Shown here: piece by piece, positions 10,821 to 48,790 of the stretch
Numbering within the stretch: position 1 is the first letter of the stretch
Layout: every line of letters begins with the position of its first letter
Assembly (NCBI GenBank): GCA_030141605.1
Contig: JAQGDQ010000162.1
Span: forward strand, 406,257 to 470,256
Length of the DNA: 64,000 nucleotides
Origin: Tubiluchus corallicola
Lineage: Eukaryota > Animalia > Priapulida
Reading direction: 5' to 3'
The notes under the pieces: generated by a model
Told to the model about the DNA's origin: nothing
Seen by the model: only the letters and a program-made list of their open reading frames with translations
Databases searched by the model: none
Translations under genes and position numbers: made by a program

Positions 10821-13783
10821 CCCGTACTGCTTACGTTTATGTGTTGAGTTGTAAAGAGTTTTATGGAGTTGTGTGGAGTTGCACGGAATTTGTATATCGG
10901 TCTACAGCTGAGTTTGGCAACGACGCTTCTGTCGCTTCAGAGGCTTATCCTTCATAACGAGACAGATGCCGGTCCTGCGTTAACCATCAACATAATCACT
11001 AGGCGTTGACGTTCAGTGATGGATTTTCAGCTTGGAGAGTGGTGAACTGCATAAAAAATAAAGTCTGTTTCTACAATTATGTGTGTGCGTGACATGAATT
11101 TGTCATTCTATGCAGAATAAAATTTTTTGTATATAAATGTGTTTTTAAAGAATTCTGTTAGTTGTACGTCATTGATTCGATGTTCAAACGATGCTCTTTA
11201 TCCACAAATGAAAATGGACCTCAAATTAGACTGAGATGCCTACCAACATCTGTTGTGACCAGCAAAACTGATGGTCAAAACTATTTAGTGAAATTTTCAA
11301 AAAACAGATTTAAAGCTCAGGACTGATATTATAGGGTAATATATCGTAATGTAATGTAGTGTAGGTGTAGTTTAGGCTTGGTGTGATATGGTGCAATGTA
11401 GTGTAGTACAGAGCAGTGTAGGATAGTATAGTGTAGTGTAGTGTAGTGTAGTGTAGCGTAGTGTAGTGTAGTGTAGTGTAGTGTAGTGTAGTGTAGTGCA
11501 CTGCATTGCATTGCTGTGCAGTACAGTGCAGTGCAGTACAGTACAGTACAGTACAGGGCGGTGCAGTAATGTGCAATGCAGTGCAGTGTAGTACAGTATA
11601 ATATATATATAACGTGCGTGTCATGTTCATGAGGTGTCACAGGAAAACGTCCTGAACGTTTAATCACGATATCACAAGAAAATAACGAAATCGGCTTGAA
11701 AATCACTATCCTAGTGATAGACAGACGATTTACAATTACACCAGAAATTTTAGGTCATTTCCTTGGCTTCCTCCAAATTAATACAGAACATTTTTAAATG
11801 ACGTCAGGTGCTTTTAAATAAAAATAAATGCTGGAAACAAATTTGTCAGTTTTGTTAAAATTAACAGCAAGGTAAAATTTACGTGTTCATGATTTTCACC
11901 GCTAGACGAATGAGTTCCTTTCAGCAACTGACACAGTTTCTTGCTTCTTTGACGTACCAGCAGCCAGCGAATTTTTGCCTTTAGTTCTCTATGTGTCCAT
12001 TGTACACTTTCATCAAATGAATTCCAAGTACCGTAGGCCTAAGTTCCATTTCTACTGATAGCAATTTTTCATCACTGCTTCATTTTTTGTGGTGAAGACC
12101 ACGATGTAACTTGGTTGATTTGCCTTTTTCATTGTTTTGTTAGTTGTTCATAGCCACTAACTAACTAGGTCAAAATCAAATTACAGAATTCGGTGAGAAA
12201 CTAACCTGGAGCACAAATTAGAATCAGCCAGCGGATTCATAACACTGTCATGTATTAAGTGGTTTAGGCCTTTATATCGACATGGCTGTTTTTCAGCTGA
12301 TGGTTAGCTGACATTGTTTCGGTATTTAAATATTTAATACAAACGTTTGTTTTTGCTTAAAACCCGCTAACGCTGTATAGCTGTAGGTTTCATAGCTAAA
12401 CTGTAATGCATTGTAATTTGACGTTGTGAAATTTGTGCTTTATCGGGTTCTTGCTTCTTGTATTATTATTATTACACAATCTAAATTTGGGCACATTTGT
12501 TGCGCCGTCCGGTATAATCGAATTTGTCACGTACTATGTATGTTTGCTTTTCCATTTTTATTTTTTCGTTATTTGTCCCAAATACATTAAATCCATTGGA
12601 AAGTTGCTTTGTACTTCGCCGAGTTCGATCAGTTTATTTGTGAAATCATCTAATCCATCAACCATAAGTCTAACCACAACCATGACCATTAATGAAATCA
12701 TAACATTTTATCTGTTACACAAGCAAACAGAAATTGTTTTTAGGTCAACAGGTTCATAGAAAATTACTTAACTTTAACTTTGCAAAAATAAGATCGTAAA
12801 TGCAGTCATCTTTGCCTCCTTATCTGATTCAGACCATTATAGTATCCCAGTTACATGTTTCATTCAAAAATTTAAACCAAGTTAACATTCAGTAATTAAT
12901 AAACTAACATTTAAGAGCAGTTTTTGAACTGAAAGGCTTTGCACACGTGTGCAGTTGGTTAAGACAGGTGCCACGGGTCATGTGACTTTACCTGTTCTAC
13001 AAAAAGTCTAATCAAAGTTTCCACCAGGAGATGGAGCCACGATGTAAATATTCATCCTATAGTACGAGAAATATATTTCACTATTTATTGTAAGCATGTC
13101 TTGTATCACTGTAATGTATGTTCTTTTATATGGTACTTTTTGTAGAGAAATAAAGATATAAATAAAACCAATGGACAAAATAAAAGTTTACGACATCTTG
13201 AATTTTATGTGTAACACTGACTACAATGAATATGACAAATTTTAGTAATCAGTTACACGACTTACATCTTAGCTTACTTATACTTGACCTTCCACACTTG
13301 AAGATGTATCAAAAGTTAATAAATTGTGTAAATAATACTTCTAATTACGAAATTAATATTCCAACTATCACTTCTGAACATGGATAAAATTTTGCTAGAG
13401 AACAATAAAGTGGATTTGTGGGATTATAAATTCTAATTACGGTCCTGGCATTTATTTGAAAAAAATTTGTAGAAATGCGGAAAAAATCAAAATATTTGCT
13501 GGATTTCGATGTTGAATAATAGGTTTACATACTTATTAATAAAACTGATGTTAAGAAATCGATAATTTTTTCCCTTTCACAAATTAACTCTAACATGAAA
13601 AACATACGTATGATATTTACCAGACGAATTTGAAATACCATAACAAACTAGAAAACGACCAAAACTGCATTCCTTATGACTGTCTTCAAAACGTCCTGCC
13701 CACCTTGTGAGTTGTATTTAGGGTAAAAGTGAGGAAATAATAATTTCTGTTATGTAGGTGTAGTTTGTTGTTTACAGTGGGCG

Positions 13784-14026
<243 letters not shown>

Positions 14027-14371
14027 AAACTCACAGTTGATTAAATTTTGATTCAACCGCAACTACAGGCCCGGATGTGAACCAAGGAGGTCTGCGTAAA
14101 CAAGACGCCCACTAAACTACTGGTCCACTGCAGTGTTATTAATCAACCTGGTCAAATGTTCGTCCCTTCTGGCTAGACTATTGAATTCAGCATCTTCAAC
14201 GTGAATTCTCCGCTCACGCTAATCAAATTAAAAATGATAATCTAATTAATTAGAATCACACTAGAGCGAGCGATTTAATAGTGGATTTGCTGAGTTTGGT
14301 TAGCCAGCTATTAGCGATAACGATAAGTATTGGACTGCCATGACGACTATTTAGTTTGTTATATATATATA

Positions 14372-14480
14372 GAGGTCTAGGCGTGTGCCTTATAAACAGA
14401 AGATGTGTGGTTCAAATACAGGACGTATTCCAACTTTTTCACATTTGTTGTCTTTGAAGTTCGGTATCAAAATTAATTGC
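14372..14480 (+). mobile_element. tRNA-derived SINE-like repeat (copy 1 of 3)
   Basis: gcgtgtgccttataaacagaag..ggttcaaatacagg.cgtattccaacttt; homologous to 42516-42620 and to the reverse complement of 63356-63421. Confidence 0.55.
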
Positions 14481-15146
14481 GAGTTTGTTCCACAAAATTT
14501 ATTATTATTTATTATTTTTAGCTACACAATTAAGTTAAAACTAACTTCTGTATATTATAGAGTGGTATATTATGTGCATTAACGTTATTCAAAAACAAAA
14601 ATATAAATATTCAACCAACTGCAGCCCTCAGTAATGATGAATAGCCAGCGCCCTCATATGAAGTTACCATGTGGGGCAAAAACTTATTTTGAGCTTGCCT
14701 CATTCCATAGAACCTTTTGGAGCAAAAAGAACATATTCCTGGCCTATCAGCTCAGACATATATTTGTAGCAACTTTGGCGACTTGGCTTCGTTATTAGTT
14801 CTTTGAGTGGGTAATTATAAATACAGAAGTGGGAAGAACAAATTAAGTTCATGATTCTCAGTTTCTTCTCTAATCTCTCCAGATTTCTCTGACATCAGTC
14901 CTTCAGCATAGCAATTCACCTATGCAGCATAGCAATTCACCTATGCAGCATAGCGTAGCAGCATAGAATGTCTTACCCTGTTGTCTAACTTGCCCCAAAG
15001 CCTTCTACATAATAAAGTCTGTTTCTTATTATTCCTTCTTTTTCTCGTAAGTTCCATACAGAATATATCTGAGCAGAAAGCATTAATGTTCCTCAGTGTC
15101 AATGCCCTACAAAGAACATGTAAAGGTCGGTTGCTCTATGTTATCT

Positions 15147-16061
15147 TCACTGGTGTTGAGATGTTCTTCTAGCGGTGTCAACTTTGTCCGTTATTGACAT
15201 TTTATCAAACAAAAGTTTTTTGAAGGCCGTTCTGAAGTCTTTGCTTGAGAATGCGTATATGACTGGATTAACCGCACTATTGGTGAACCCAAGCGCAAAT
15301 AAAAGCGCGGAAGCCTCGTAGTTCCACGCGTAATTACCTGTACAATAACTCCAGGCTTCGTACAAATACGCAGAACCCCAGCAGAGCACAAAAGCAAATG
15401 TAACAATGGCTAGGATTTTCGTTGCTTTCATCTGAACCATGCTGATCTCGTCTCCTTGGCCTTGGCTATGTATCTTCAGGACTTGCTTCCTTGCGATTCT
15501 CCAGATCAATGCATACAAGACAAAGATCACGAGCATCGGCAAGAAGAAGGCTATAGTGATGTCGAGTATCATCAAATTGAACATGCCGTACATCTCTCTC
15601 AAGACGCAAATAGCAATTGCCTCAGTAATGGCGAAGAACCAAGTGAAACAAAGTGCCACAGTGATTACAGTCTTGGTTACAATAACTGAGTACTTGAATG
15701 GATAGGCGACACCTACGTATCTTTCAGCAGCTATTACACACAAGTGAAATGCACTTGCATTTACCATTGCGTACATATAACTGTACCTTATCACCAGGAA
15801 CGCTGTGTCACCAAGGGCTTCTTGACTGAACAATGCTGCAATCTCAATCGGTGCAGAAAACGCAACTGCTAAATCTGTTACTGCAAGTGAGGCAACAAGA
15901 GCGTTAGTTTTTGTTCGTAAACTCGGATATTTATACATTGAAATTACCACTAACAGGTTTCCAGGGATTATTAAAGTAGCTGATAAACCGAGAATAAAGA
16001 CTGTCAGTATAGCTACAGGTTTGTATAAGTTAACTAAGTAACTTGCTGTGTGATTTAGCAT
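15147..16061 (-). CDS. Intronless rhodopsin-family (class A) orphan GPCR, paralog 1 (304 aa)
   Basis: Single ORF with 7 hydrophobic segments and the motifs GN (TM1), SLAVTDL (TM2), AERY (TM3), W4.50, FFLP (TM5), FVLCW (TM6), NSAVNPVIY (TM7) and helix 8 FRTAFKKLL. An in-frame stop lies just upstream of the ATG. Confidence 0.93.
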   Translation of the reverse strand: MLNHTASYLVNLYKPVAILTVFILGLSATLIIPGNLLVVISMYKYPSLRTKTNALVASLAVTDLAVAFSAPIEIAALFSQEALGDTAFLVIRYSYMYAMVNASAFHLCVIAAERYVGVAYPFKYSVIVTKTVITVALCFTWFFAITEAIAICVLREMYGMFNLMILDITIAFFLPMLVIFVLYALIWRIARKQVLKIHSQGQGDEISMVQMKATKILAIVTFAFVLCWGSAYLYEAWSYCTGNYAWNYEASALLFALGFTNSAVNPVIYAFSSKDFRTAFKKLLFDKMSITDKVDTARRTSQHQ

Positions 16062-18044
16062 GCTTATTGCATCATTAATATATTATTTAGCTGAATCACA
16101 CAAACTGAGCAACAAAAATAGTCCTAATGAAAAGATTCCCTTTTCACCATTTTGAGTTTCACCATTGATGGAAATGTCATTAGCGCTTTTAAACAATGAA
16201 ACGATCTTCCAACATGAAGGTTCATTGCAAAACACCATCACAGTATCTCCACTTTCACAATATATGCGGACTCTTTTTACGAAGCGTTCTGAAACTTTTT
16301 GCTCTAAATTATCATCTTAAATTTACCATCATGAATTCCGAACGTCTCTCCGCAAACTTGGATTTTACAGTCGAGCCATCACTAGCGCGCATGCGCCAAC
16401 ACCTCCACGGCGAGCCGTCATCATCTTAATGCCCATCACGCTTGCTGTAGACATTGGCAGGCAGAATTCTAAAATTAAAGAAATCTACCTTTCAGACAGG
16501 TAAACACAGCAGTAATCTAGCAAAAACTAGACGCTGCTATGCCAGTGGTTTGTCAGCATTACTTCTGCAGTGAGTATTTGCCGTTCATTACATCTCACTG
16601 ATGAATCTAAACCTTGCATACGTCTCATAAAACATGATTGGCTAAGTATAGAAAAAATTGCCACCAAATGCCCCACCGGACACCGGTTTGGATACCGGGA
16701 AGCATAATGCTGCTAATTAGTATAAAATGCACTCATGCATATTCCATCCTATTTGCCGCCAATATATTATGCCATTATAATTCAACGCTTTTAGTTATCC
16801 AATCCACCTTGCTGATAGGAGCTTATAAAACGTTTGCTACTTGATCAGACCCGATTGTCCGGGGACTACAATATAAGCTGTTCTTGAACTGATATTGCTC
16901 TGTAAAACTCAGATCGTTTCCTAGTTTCTGAGTTTCTATCGTACATGAAATGGTGATTATTCTGATCTCAATGTTAACACAATTTATAGAAGCACTTTTA
17001 TATCTGTATCTGCTATGTTAACTGCAGACATGCTAACATATCCAAGGCACAAGATAGTGTCACTATATGCCGGCAATCTTGTCAGAATATTGACAAACAA
17101 TGTTTTCAAAAATGTTGTGCCATTTTGAAACAGTGTGTCTTATTTTTGTCCAAAATGGGAACCTTCTTAGTACAACATTGTACAACAATATTTTATAACC
17201 ATTTTCAGGCAAGATTAATATAGTAGTCATGGCAACGGCAATAATAAATAGGAATTAAAAATTCAAGAATTAAAAAACAAAGAAAAAAGAAAGAACAAAA
17301 TATGATGTTTCAAAGTGCCACTGCCGTTTATCTTCACGACAAAGAACAAAAGAATCACATAAAATTACCAATACTAATTTCGTGGGGAATTTTTTATCGT
17401 ACATAGTGTACTGACCACCCCTTTCACATTAAATGGAAGTTTCTGTCGAAGCCGTATAAAATCGGTCTTCTCTGCTCTTTTACTGGTCCAGTTAGTTTAA
17501 TTCACGACCGTGTAAACTCCATTTCATCATTATTTTTGAATCTACTTCATGTAATTTTCCAATAAAGGTGTCGTTTCTCTCACACGTCATTGGATGGATG
17601 TCACTAATAGACTGTTTGGCTCCGCATCTGCTGGTACCGAACCAACCTGGGTAGTTTTAGGCCTTGTCGGCCAGGTACCGTCACAGGCCTCAGTCACAGA
17701 AAAGATTGGGACACAATCAGAAACTAACGTGTTCGCTTGAAATGTCGTATGTTTGCTTTTTTCCTTGTTTTTAACTGTGAGATTTTTAGCATTGAACAGT
17801 AATAAAAATACGTTTTAATAATAACGTTAGCATCTTTCATAGAGGACCAGTTTACAATGAACGTGTAAGCTTAATTTTTGATATATGATAGCTGAAAGAG
17901 AATAATAACATAGACCTGCAATACCTTTATTACAATACAACACAGTACCATACAACACCTACTATATTTAAAAAAAATTATAGGTAAATATATTAAAATT
18001 CTTACGCCTAATAAAATTCAATACAACACCTACTATAACATGAA

Positions 18045-18665
18045 CGAAAACTGGATCCCAATCTTAGACTGCAGCTCTAAACAATCTACCTCTGAAACAT
18101 AGAAAGAGGACATACTGTTTTTTCAAAAATGATTTACGTGAAAGGATTACTACCACAGAAACCCAATTCCGCCTTCGCGCGGTTAGTTCTTCCCTGTACA
18201 CGCGCTTCGCCCTTCGTCAGCTAGATAGACACTAGCGCCTGCATCTCGCAAACGCGTTGCACAAAAACAGGTGCTGTACCTTTCAATTTAGATGTGTTGA
18301 TGTGTTTAGTTCTGACGTGGTGCAGACATTCGACAGCTCATGTGTGAGCATAGCGATAAATATGAAATTTACTTTTTAAACTTGCCGAGTTTTTGTATAT
18401 CACACTAAATGATGTACAGTTGTACTGTACTCCAATTTCTGCTTTTGCAAACACGTGCAACCCTCTCATGAAATATTTGCGCTGTTAAAAGTTGTGTTCA
18501 GTCTTGATGTCGTCATTAGTTGGGCTCACGCGCCGTTAACTATTTTTTTAAACTATTAATTGATTATGAGAAACGCTTTGGCAGCATTATAGTTGTTAAA
18601 ATGTATACGTCAAAATACTACTTCAAGATGGGGTAGGATATGAAAATTTGTCCTGTTTCCTTTAA
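18045..18665 (+). mobile_element. TTAA-type non-autonomous element, family B
   Basis: Homologous to the reverse complement of ~26000-26618 and to 43290-43636 (e.g. ccgagtttttgtatatcacact, caaacacgtgcaa, gttgggctc..ccgttaa, aaacgctttggca). Ends in cctgtttcct-TTAA. Confidence 0.7.
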
Positions 18666-19307
18666 AGCACAAGAAAACCCTCCACATAAATAAAGCTTAA
18701 AAAATTCGTCTTGAAATTTTATACCGCTTAGACACTGCCTACAGGGCTTAGAACTCCCGCGATAACCATTAGACGCAGCCATTTTGACAGTAAATCTTGT
18801 GAAACAAGTTTAGATAATATTGTGTAAAGTTTGAAAAAATAATCAAAGCAATTGTTGCGCACACGTCGCTAACTAAGTAAAATTTTAGATTGCTGTATCC
18901 TGTCAGTAAGATTAAAAATACGTTTCTCGGTTAGTGAGTGGTGCATCCTGGAGGTGAATCAACGACATTATACAAATTGGTGAAAACATTTTAAATAATT
19001 AATATTTTTTCTAGTTACATAAGTCTTTGGAGCAGGTAAGCGAAAGGTTAAGTAACATAACATTGCATGGAAAGTTTTTTGGGACATAGTTTAGCATTTT
19101 CTTTTCTTCTCCTGATTTACGTTGTGGGCATATGACGTCATGTAATGGCGTGGTCGGAACAGTAATTGCTGAGACTTCAAATGAAAAAAAAACAAAAAAT
19201 CCTTTCAACGCGAGTACTATACACGCATAAAATGCAATAAAGTAGTATAATCTTTTAAGGCGATTTTTCTGAAACCTACTTCAGGTACCCCTTCTCTTGT
19301 CTTTTAA
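18661..19307 (-). mobile_element. Kolobok-like non-autonomous element, family A, with both termini
   Basis: TTAA-agcacaagaaaaccc at the left end and ccccttctcttgtctt-TTAA at the right end give an imperfect TIR (AG.ACAAGA.AA). Confidence 0.8.
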
Positions 19308-19589
19308 GTAAGAAGCACAGTAAGAAGTAAGAAGTAAGTAAGTAAGAAGTGCTTGTGAAAGAACACTTAATAGCTAGCAAACTTCAAATCAATGAAGCTG
19401 GAAAATCACAAAAATGCCTTTCAAGGAGCAGCACCTATTAACAATTCAAATTACATTGATCTACTGAGTTTTACAGTCGGATGCACTGTATAATGAAATA
19501 TGTTCTAAATAACATAAATAGATAAAAACAATTAATAGATTAAACGTTTACAACATTTAGCTGGGAATGGTCAGCTGGAATTCTTAATT

Positions 19590-20077
19590 CAAAGGGTAAA
19601 GAAAAGGCAAATTTAAAGTATGTCCAAAAACATTCCACACAAAGTTACATTTCGTGGCATTAGGTTACCTGCTTGAAAGACTTATGCTACTAAAAAAGAA
19701 CATTCTTAATAATTTAGACTGTTCGCGCCATTTGGAGAAACGTCGTTGACTCACCTTCCCAGTGTGCATCACTGGCTCACCAAAAAACGTATTTTTAAAC
19801 TTATTGAGAAGAGAAAGTAATTTATACCTTTTCTTCGTTAGTGAAATATGCAGTACGAATGCTATGATTAGTTTTCAATCGTTACATAATGTTATCTAAT
19901 CTGCTTTCAAACGACTTAAATTAAAATTGCTGTGCCGCACGGCCTTCCCAGAAGTTCTAATTTACAAGTTTTATACAACGTTACTGCTACTACAAGCTCT
20001 GTGCACAATAAGGCAGCATTACTGGTTGATACAAAATTTCAAAGTGATTAATGAAGAGTGTTTTCTCGTTCTTTAAC
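19590..20077 (+). mobile_element. Family A partial copy abutting the stop codon of GPCR paralog 2
   Basis: aaacattccacacaaag..ttacctgcttgaaagacttatg..gactcaccttcccagtgtgcatcact..gagtgttttctcgttct-TTAA. Confidence 0.7.
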
Positions 20078-20085
20078 TTACAATG

Positions 20086-21060
20086 TTAACACTTATCATA
20101 TCTCAAAATTTCCTTAAAAGCTACTTTAAATTTTCTATTTGTCAATGCGTAAATGAAAGGATTAATTCCGCTGTTGCTAAATCCAATTGAAAACAAAAGA
20201 TATTTAAAAAGTGGCATGGATTCAAATGAAATATTAAACATAGTATTATGTATGTATAAGCAAATGGAATATATACGAGATGGACCCCAACATATCAGAA
20301 AAGCAAGAGCAACTATGGCTAAAGTTTTTGTAGCTTTCATTTGTATCACCCCTGTTCTTGACTTTGACCTTCCTTGACCTTCGTTGTGTATCTGTAACAC
20401 TTGTTTCCTTGCAGTTTTCCAGATCAGGGCATACAAGACTAGTATGACTAGCATTGGCAAGTGAAAAGCTCCTACCACTTCGGGCACCATTAAGAAGTAC
20501 ATCTTATTCACATTGATCAACGTGACAACTGTGGCTGCTTCACCTATAGCAAAAATCCAGCAAACGCAGATTCCAAAAATAACGGTTTCCTTTCTCACGA
20601 TAACGTGATACTTAAATGGCTGCATGACGGCAACGTACCTCTCAGCAGCTATCAAGCATAAATGAAACGAACTGGTGTTTATCATTCCGTGCTGGAAACT
20701 GCCTCGTATCACGTTAAACAGCAGGTTTGAGCTAACCTTTACATTCAGCAGTCGTATGATTTCGGCTGGTACTGACATTCCAACTAACAGATCAGCCACT
20801 GCTAGCGACGCAATAATCGCATTGGTTTTGGTCTGCAAATATTCAAACTTGTAAACAGCTATTAGCACTAACAAGTTTCCTGGAATAATAACGATGCTAG
20901 ACAACAAATACACGGACACTATCACGGCTACCAGGGTATCGTCAAACGCACAGTGATGTACGTTATCAGCTTCAATAGGGTCTTCTATGTCTGTAGCATT
21001 CCATACAGAAGTCATGGTACTTATAGACCAATAATGACAAGCTGAGTGTGACAATTGCAC
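20086..21060 (-). CDS. Intronless rhodopsin-family (class A) orphan GPCR, paralog 2 (~310-324 aa)
   Basis: Motifs GN, SLAVADL, AERY, FHLP, CWGP, NSGINPFIY, FKVAFKEIL. Clearly paralogous to 15147-16061 (shared IIPGNLLV, TKTNA, FHLC.IAAERY, PFKY, ARKQVL.IH..GQG, QMKATK). The true start may be the Met of MTSVWNAT. Confidence 0.93.
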   Translation of the reverse strand: MQLSHSACHYWSISTMTSVWNATDIEDPIEADNVHHCAFDDTLVAVIVSVYLLSSIVIIPGNLLVLIAVYKFEYLQTKTNAIIASLAVADLLVGMSVPAEIIRLLNVKVSSNLLFNVIRGSFQHGMINTSSFHLCLIAAERYVAVMQPFKYHVIVRKETVIFGICVCWIFAIGEAATVVTLINVNKMYFLMVPEVVGAFHLPMLVILVLYALIWKTARKQVLQIHNEGQGRSKSRTGVIQMKATKTLAIVALAFLICWGPSRIYSICLYIHNTMFNISFESMPLFKYLLFSIGFSNSGINPFIYALTNRKFKVAFKEILRYDKC

Positions 21061-22049
21061 TTCTTTTAACTTGTGTAGATGAATCTGGCAAAGACGTAGC
21101 CAGTGATCAAGTGAGGCCTCAGCTTTGTTTCGCTTTTCTGTTTAGATATGCTTTGTTCACTGCATTAAGTGCAATCGCTACGCATTGTTTTCCCACCTGC
21201 GCAAAGTTGTTTCACCTGCAACTGACGTGTCGCCATTTTTATTTGCAGTTTCCAATAGAGTTTTATTTGTAGAAGCCTGATGGAATAAAAGATAGATCAC
21301 ATTTAGTGTCAACTGTGGTTTTAGCTTAATGAATGGCACAGTTTCAACAGATATTTAGTGTTTAATGTCAGATGGGAAACATTAGCGACATGCATTATAG
21401 TAATTTCCTGTCTCATTTTTGTAAGCTGAGAGGTTGATTAGTATGGCGTCCATGAAAGCAGAGCTAATATGATGTCAGTAGAACTTGTTGGTTAGTCATT
21501 TGGACAACTTGGCTATTTGATTAGCGGTTAGTTTTTCGATCACGCAGGCCGTCCGTCTAATGTGACGTCTGCATGTTTGTCTATTTTTCAGTGATTTGAT
21601 TGGCTAAACAATGAGTTCTAAAAATATTGTCGATAGTCTTGTAACATTTAATCATGGAATTCATTTGTTCTGTAGTTCAGAAAAAATACTTGAAGTGTAC
21701 TAGAGGCTAGCAACTAATGAAATTTCCATACAATTGCATAATAGCAGTCAAACTGTATAAAAAATTACAAAGGTTTATGCTTGTAATCTCGTTTGCAAAA
21801 GGTTTAAGCGCTGGAAAACATTGACAATTTATTGGAGATCACTTATTGGTCACTGATAAGTTTCTAAATTGGAGCTGTTTGTAGAGGGTGCCCCAAAATT
21901 AACCTCCCACAAATCAATTTAAATTACACTTTCGCCGCATCTGTGAAACTTTGGTCCTCCATCCTGGACGATCTTTAATCCTTGGTGAATAAAGATCCTT
22001 GCCTTATAAATAATAAACTCCATCATGAATTCAAATAACGAGTAAAACT

Positions 22050-22085
22050 AACAGTAACAGCAGCAGCAGCAGCAGCAGCAATAGC

Positions 22086-22144
<59 letters not shown>

Positions 22145-22202
22145 AAACAACAACAGCAGCAACAACAACAGCAAAAACAACAACAACGACTACAACAAGA
22201 GC

Positions 22203-22281
<79 letters not shown>

Positions 22282-22283
22282 GC

Positions 22284-22324
<41 letters not shown>

Positions 22325-22495
22325 AAAAACAACAACAACAACAACAACAGCAGCAACAGCAACAGCAACAAAAACAACAACAGCAGCAACAACAACAAAA
22401 ACAACAACAACAACAACAACAAAAACAACAACAGCAACAAAAACAACAACAACAACAATAAGAACAATAACAGCAACAGCAGGAACAACAGCAAC
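22050..22495. repeat. (CAA/CAG)n microsatellite
   Basis: Direct reading; lies between the divergent GPCR2 and iGluR starts. Confidence 0.97.
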
Positions 22496-23286
22496 ACATG
22501 CTTGGCAGTTGCAATTGAAACCATCATGACCATGAATTTCGACTCAAGAATTTACCAATGAAAATCCAAAAGAACTAAACAAATCAGCATGAGGGAGGGG
22601 AAAATGGCCGCATAACAGCTTACAATAACTAAGACAAACTAGATCTATTCACAGATCTATCTATTATTCAATGCTGCTAGGTTGTACTTGCTTGATACCG
22701 ATAAATTCGTGAAAGCCACTGAACAAGGAAAGCGGGGATGTTTGAACAGATTTTCTGTGTGCTCAGCTTTGCAAGATGAAAACAATTGGCTAGCTTTATT
22801 TCATCATACATGTGTGCGCATACTATAACCTACGTGCTTCGTGAGTTTGAGGGAAACTAGTGTTTCAATTAAGCTAACACCTGCGTTCACTGTTCTAGTG
22901 ACTACAGTTAGAGAAGCATTACAGTTTTCTGTTTACCAACTGTGCTACTGCTAAGTTAACCAAGCATTGGAAATTGTGTACCTGTACTTAAAAACCACAC
23001 CAATTTTGGATGAAAGGCGTTATATTGGTGAATAAATCATGCATAGTTCTTGCTTTATGGGCCACATGTATTGTGTCACCACAAGTCGTAATTGTCGTGC
23101 ATAACCTCAAAAATGGTCAGTGCCAAAACGAGAAATAGGCAAAAACTGACAATAACTAACTAAGTTCATGCGTTCACCATTTGACCATCTCTATAATTTT
23201 TATTACTGTAATCTCAGCGAAGCCTGAAGACGATTTTTTACAACGGGCAGCAGTAAATATGGTGTTTAGACAGGTCACGTGATCAA

Positions 23287-47736
<24,450 letters not shown>

Positions 47737-48024
47737 TGATAGAACCGTAAGTGAACCATCTCCTATTTTACAAAATCCAGAACATTGCAAACTGGAGTCC
47801 AGCATTTACATCTAGCTACAAGGCCTATTCGATGTTGATGTTTGTGGTGAGAACGGCACCCGGTATGTTGCTAAGGGCAGCCCGCTAAGATGAGCCACTA
47901 AACCAACTGAAGTATATACAAGCATCTATATTTCTCCCTCTATAAGAGGAATCATAATGGCGAATGAAAGTACCCAAAATAAGTAGTGAAGACAACCATC
48001 TATTCACTGATCAGTCTCAGCATT

Positions 48025-48507
48025 GGGGGCAGAAAAGGCAATTTTAAAGTAACAACAGAACTTTCCACACAAAGTTATATTACTTAATATTGATTGCGTT
48101 AACCTGCTTGAAAGACTTATGTAACTAGAAAAAAATTATAGTAATTTAAAATATTTGCGCCAGCTGGTAAAACAGAACTGACTCACCTTCCCAGTGTGCA
48201 TCACTGATTCACCAAAAAACGTACTTTTAATCTTATGTGGTTATACTTTTGCTTAGTTTGTGAAGTGTGCGCTACGAATGTTTTAATTATTTTTTCAAAC
48301 TTTACACAACGTTATTAAACCTGTTCCTAACGATACACCGACAACATGGCTGCATCCAACGGTCATCACAGGAGTTTAAATGCAAGTATTTTACAACGTT
48401 GCTGGTAATACAAGTTCTGTGCACAATAGCTCTGTGTATGGAGATGATACAAAACTTCAACGCGATTTTTGAGCTTTATTTATGAAGAGTGTTTTCTTAC
48501 CCTTTAA
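48025..48507 (+). mobile_element. Family A partial copy downstream of the iGluR stop
   Basis: acctgcttgaaagacttatgtaactagaaaaaaatt..gactcaccttcccagtgtgcatcactg..gaagagtgttttcttaccct-TTAA. Confidence 0.7.
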
Positions 48508-48790
48508 ATTTGGTCATGACGCATGCGCATAGAACCACTCAGCTGCCCACCTGCCAAGATGTAAGTGTATAAAAAAATTCAACACGTCTCGGCCAATCAG
48601 GAACGAAGATATTCAACAGTGAATTATCGAATCGAGTGCAATAAGATTAAATTTTGTACAATGCAAAGTAGTAAAGTTTGAAACATTTGATTAGTTGATT
48701 GATTTGGAATCAGATAAACAAATAAATTGAATAAAATTGCATGCTTTCGTGACATTCCTAAATTTACTTTTAGTACAGGTACTTAAAAAC

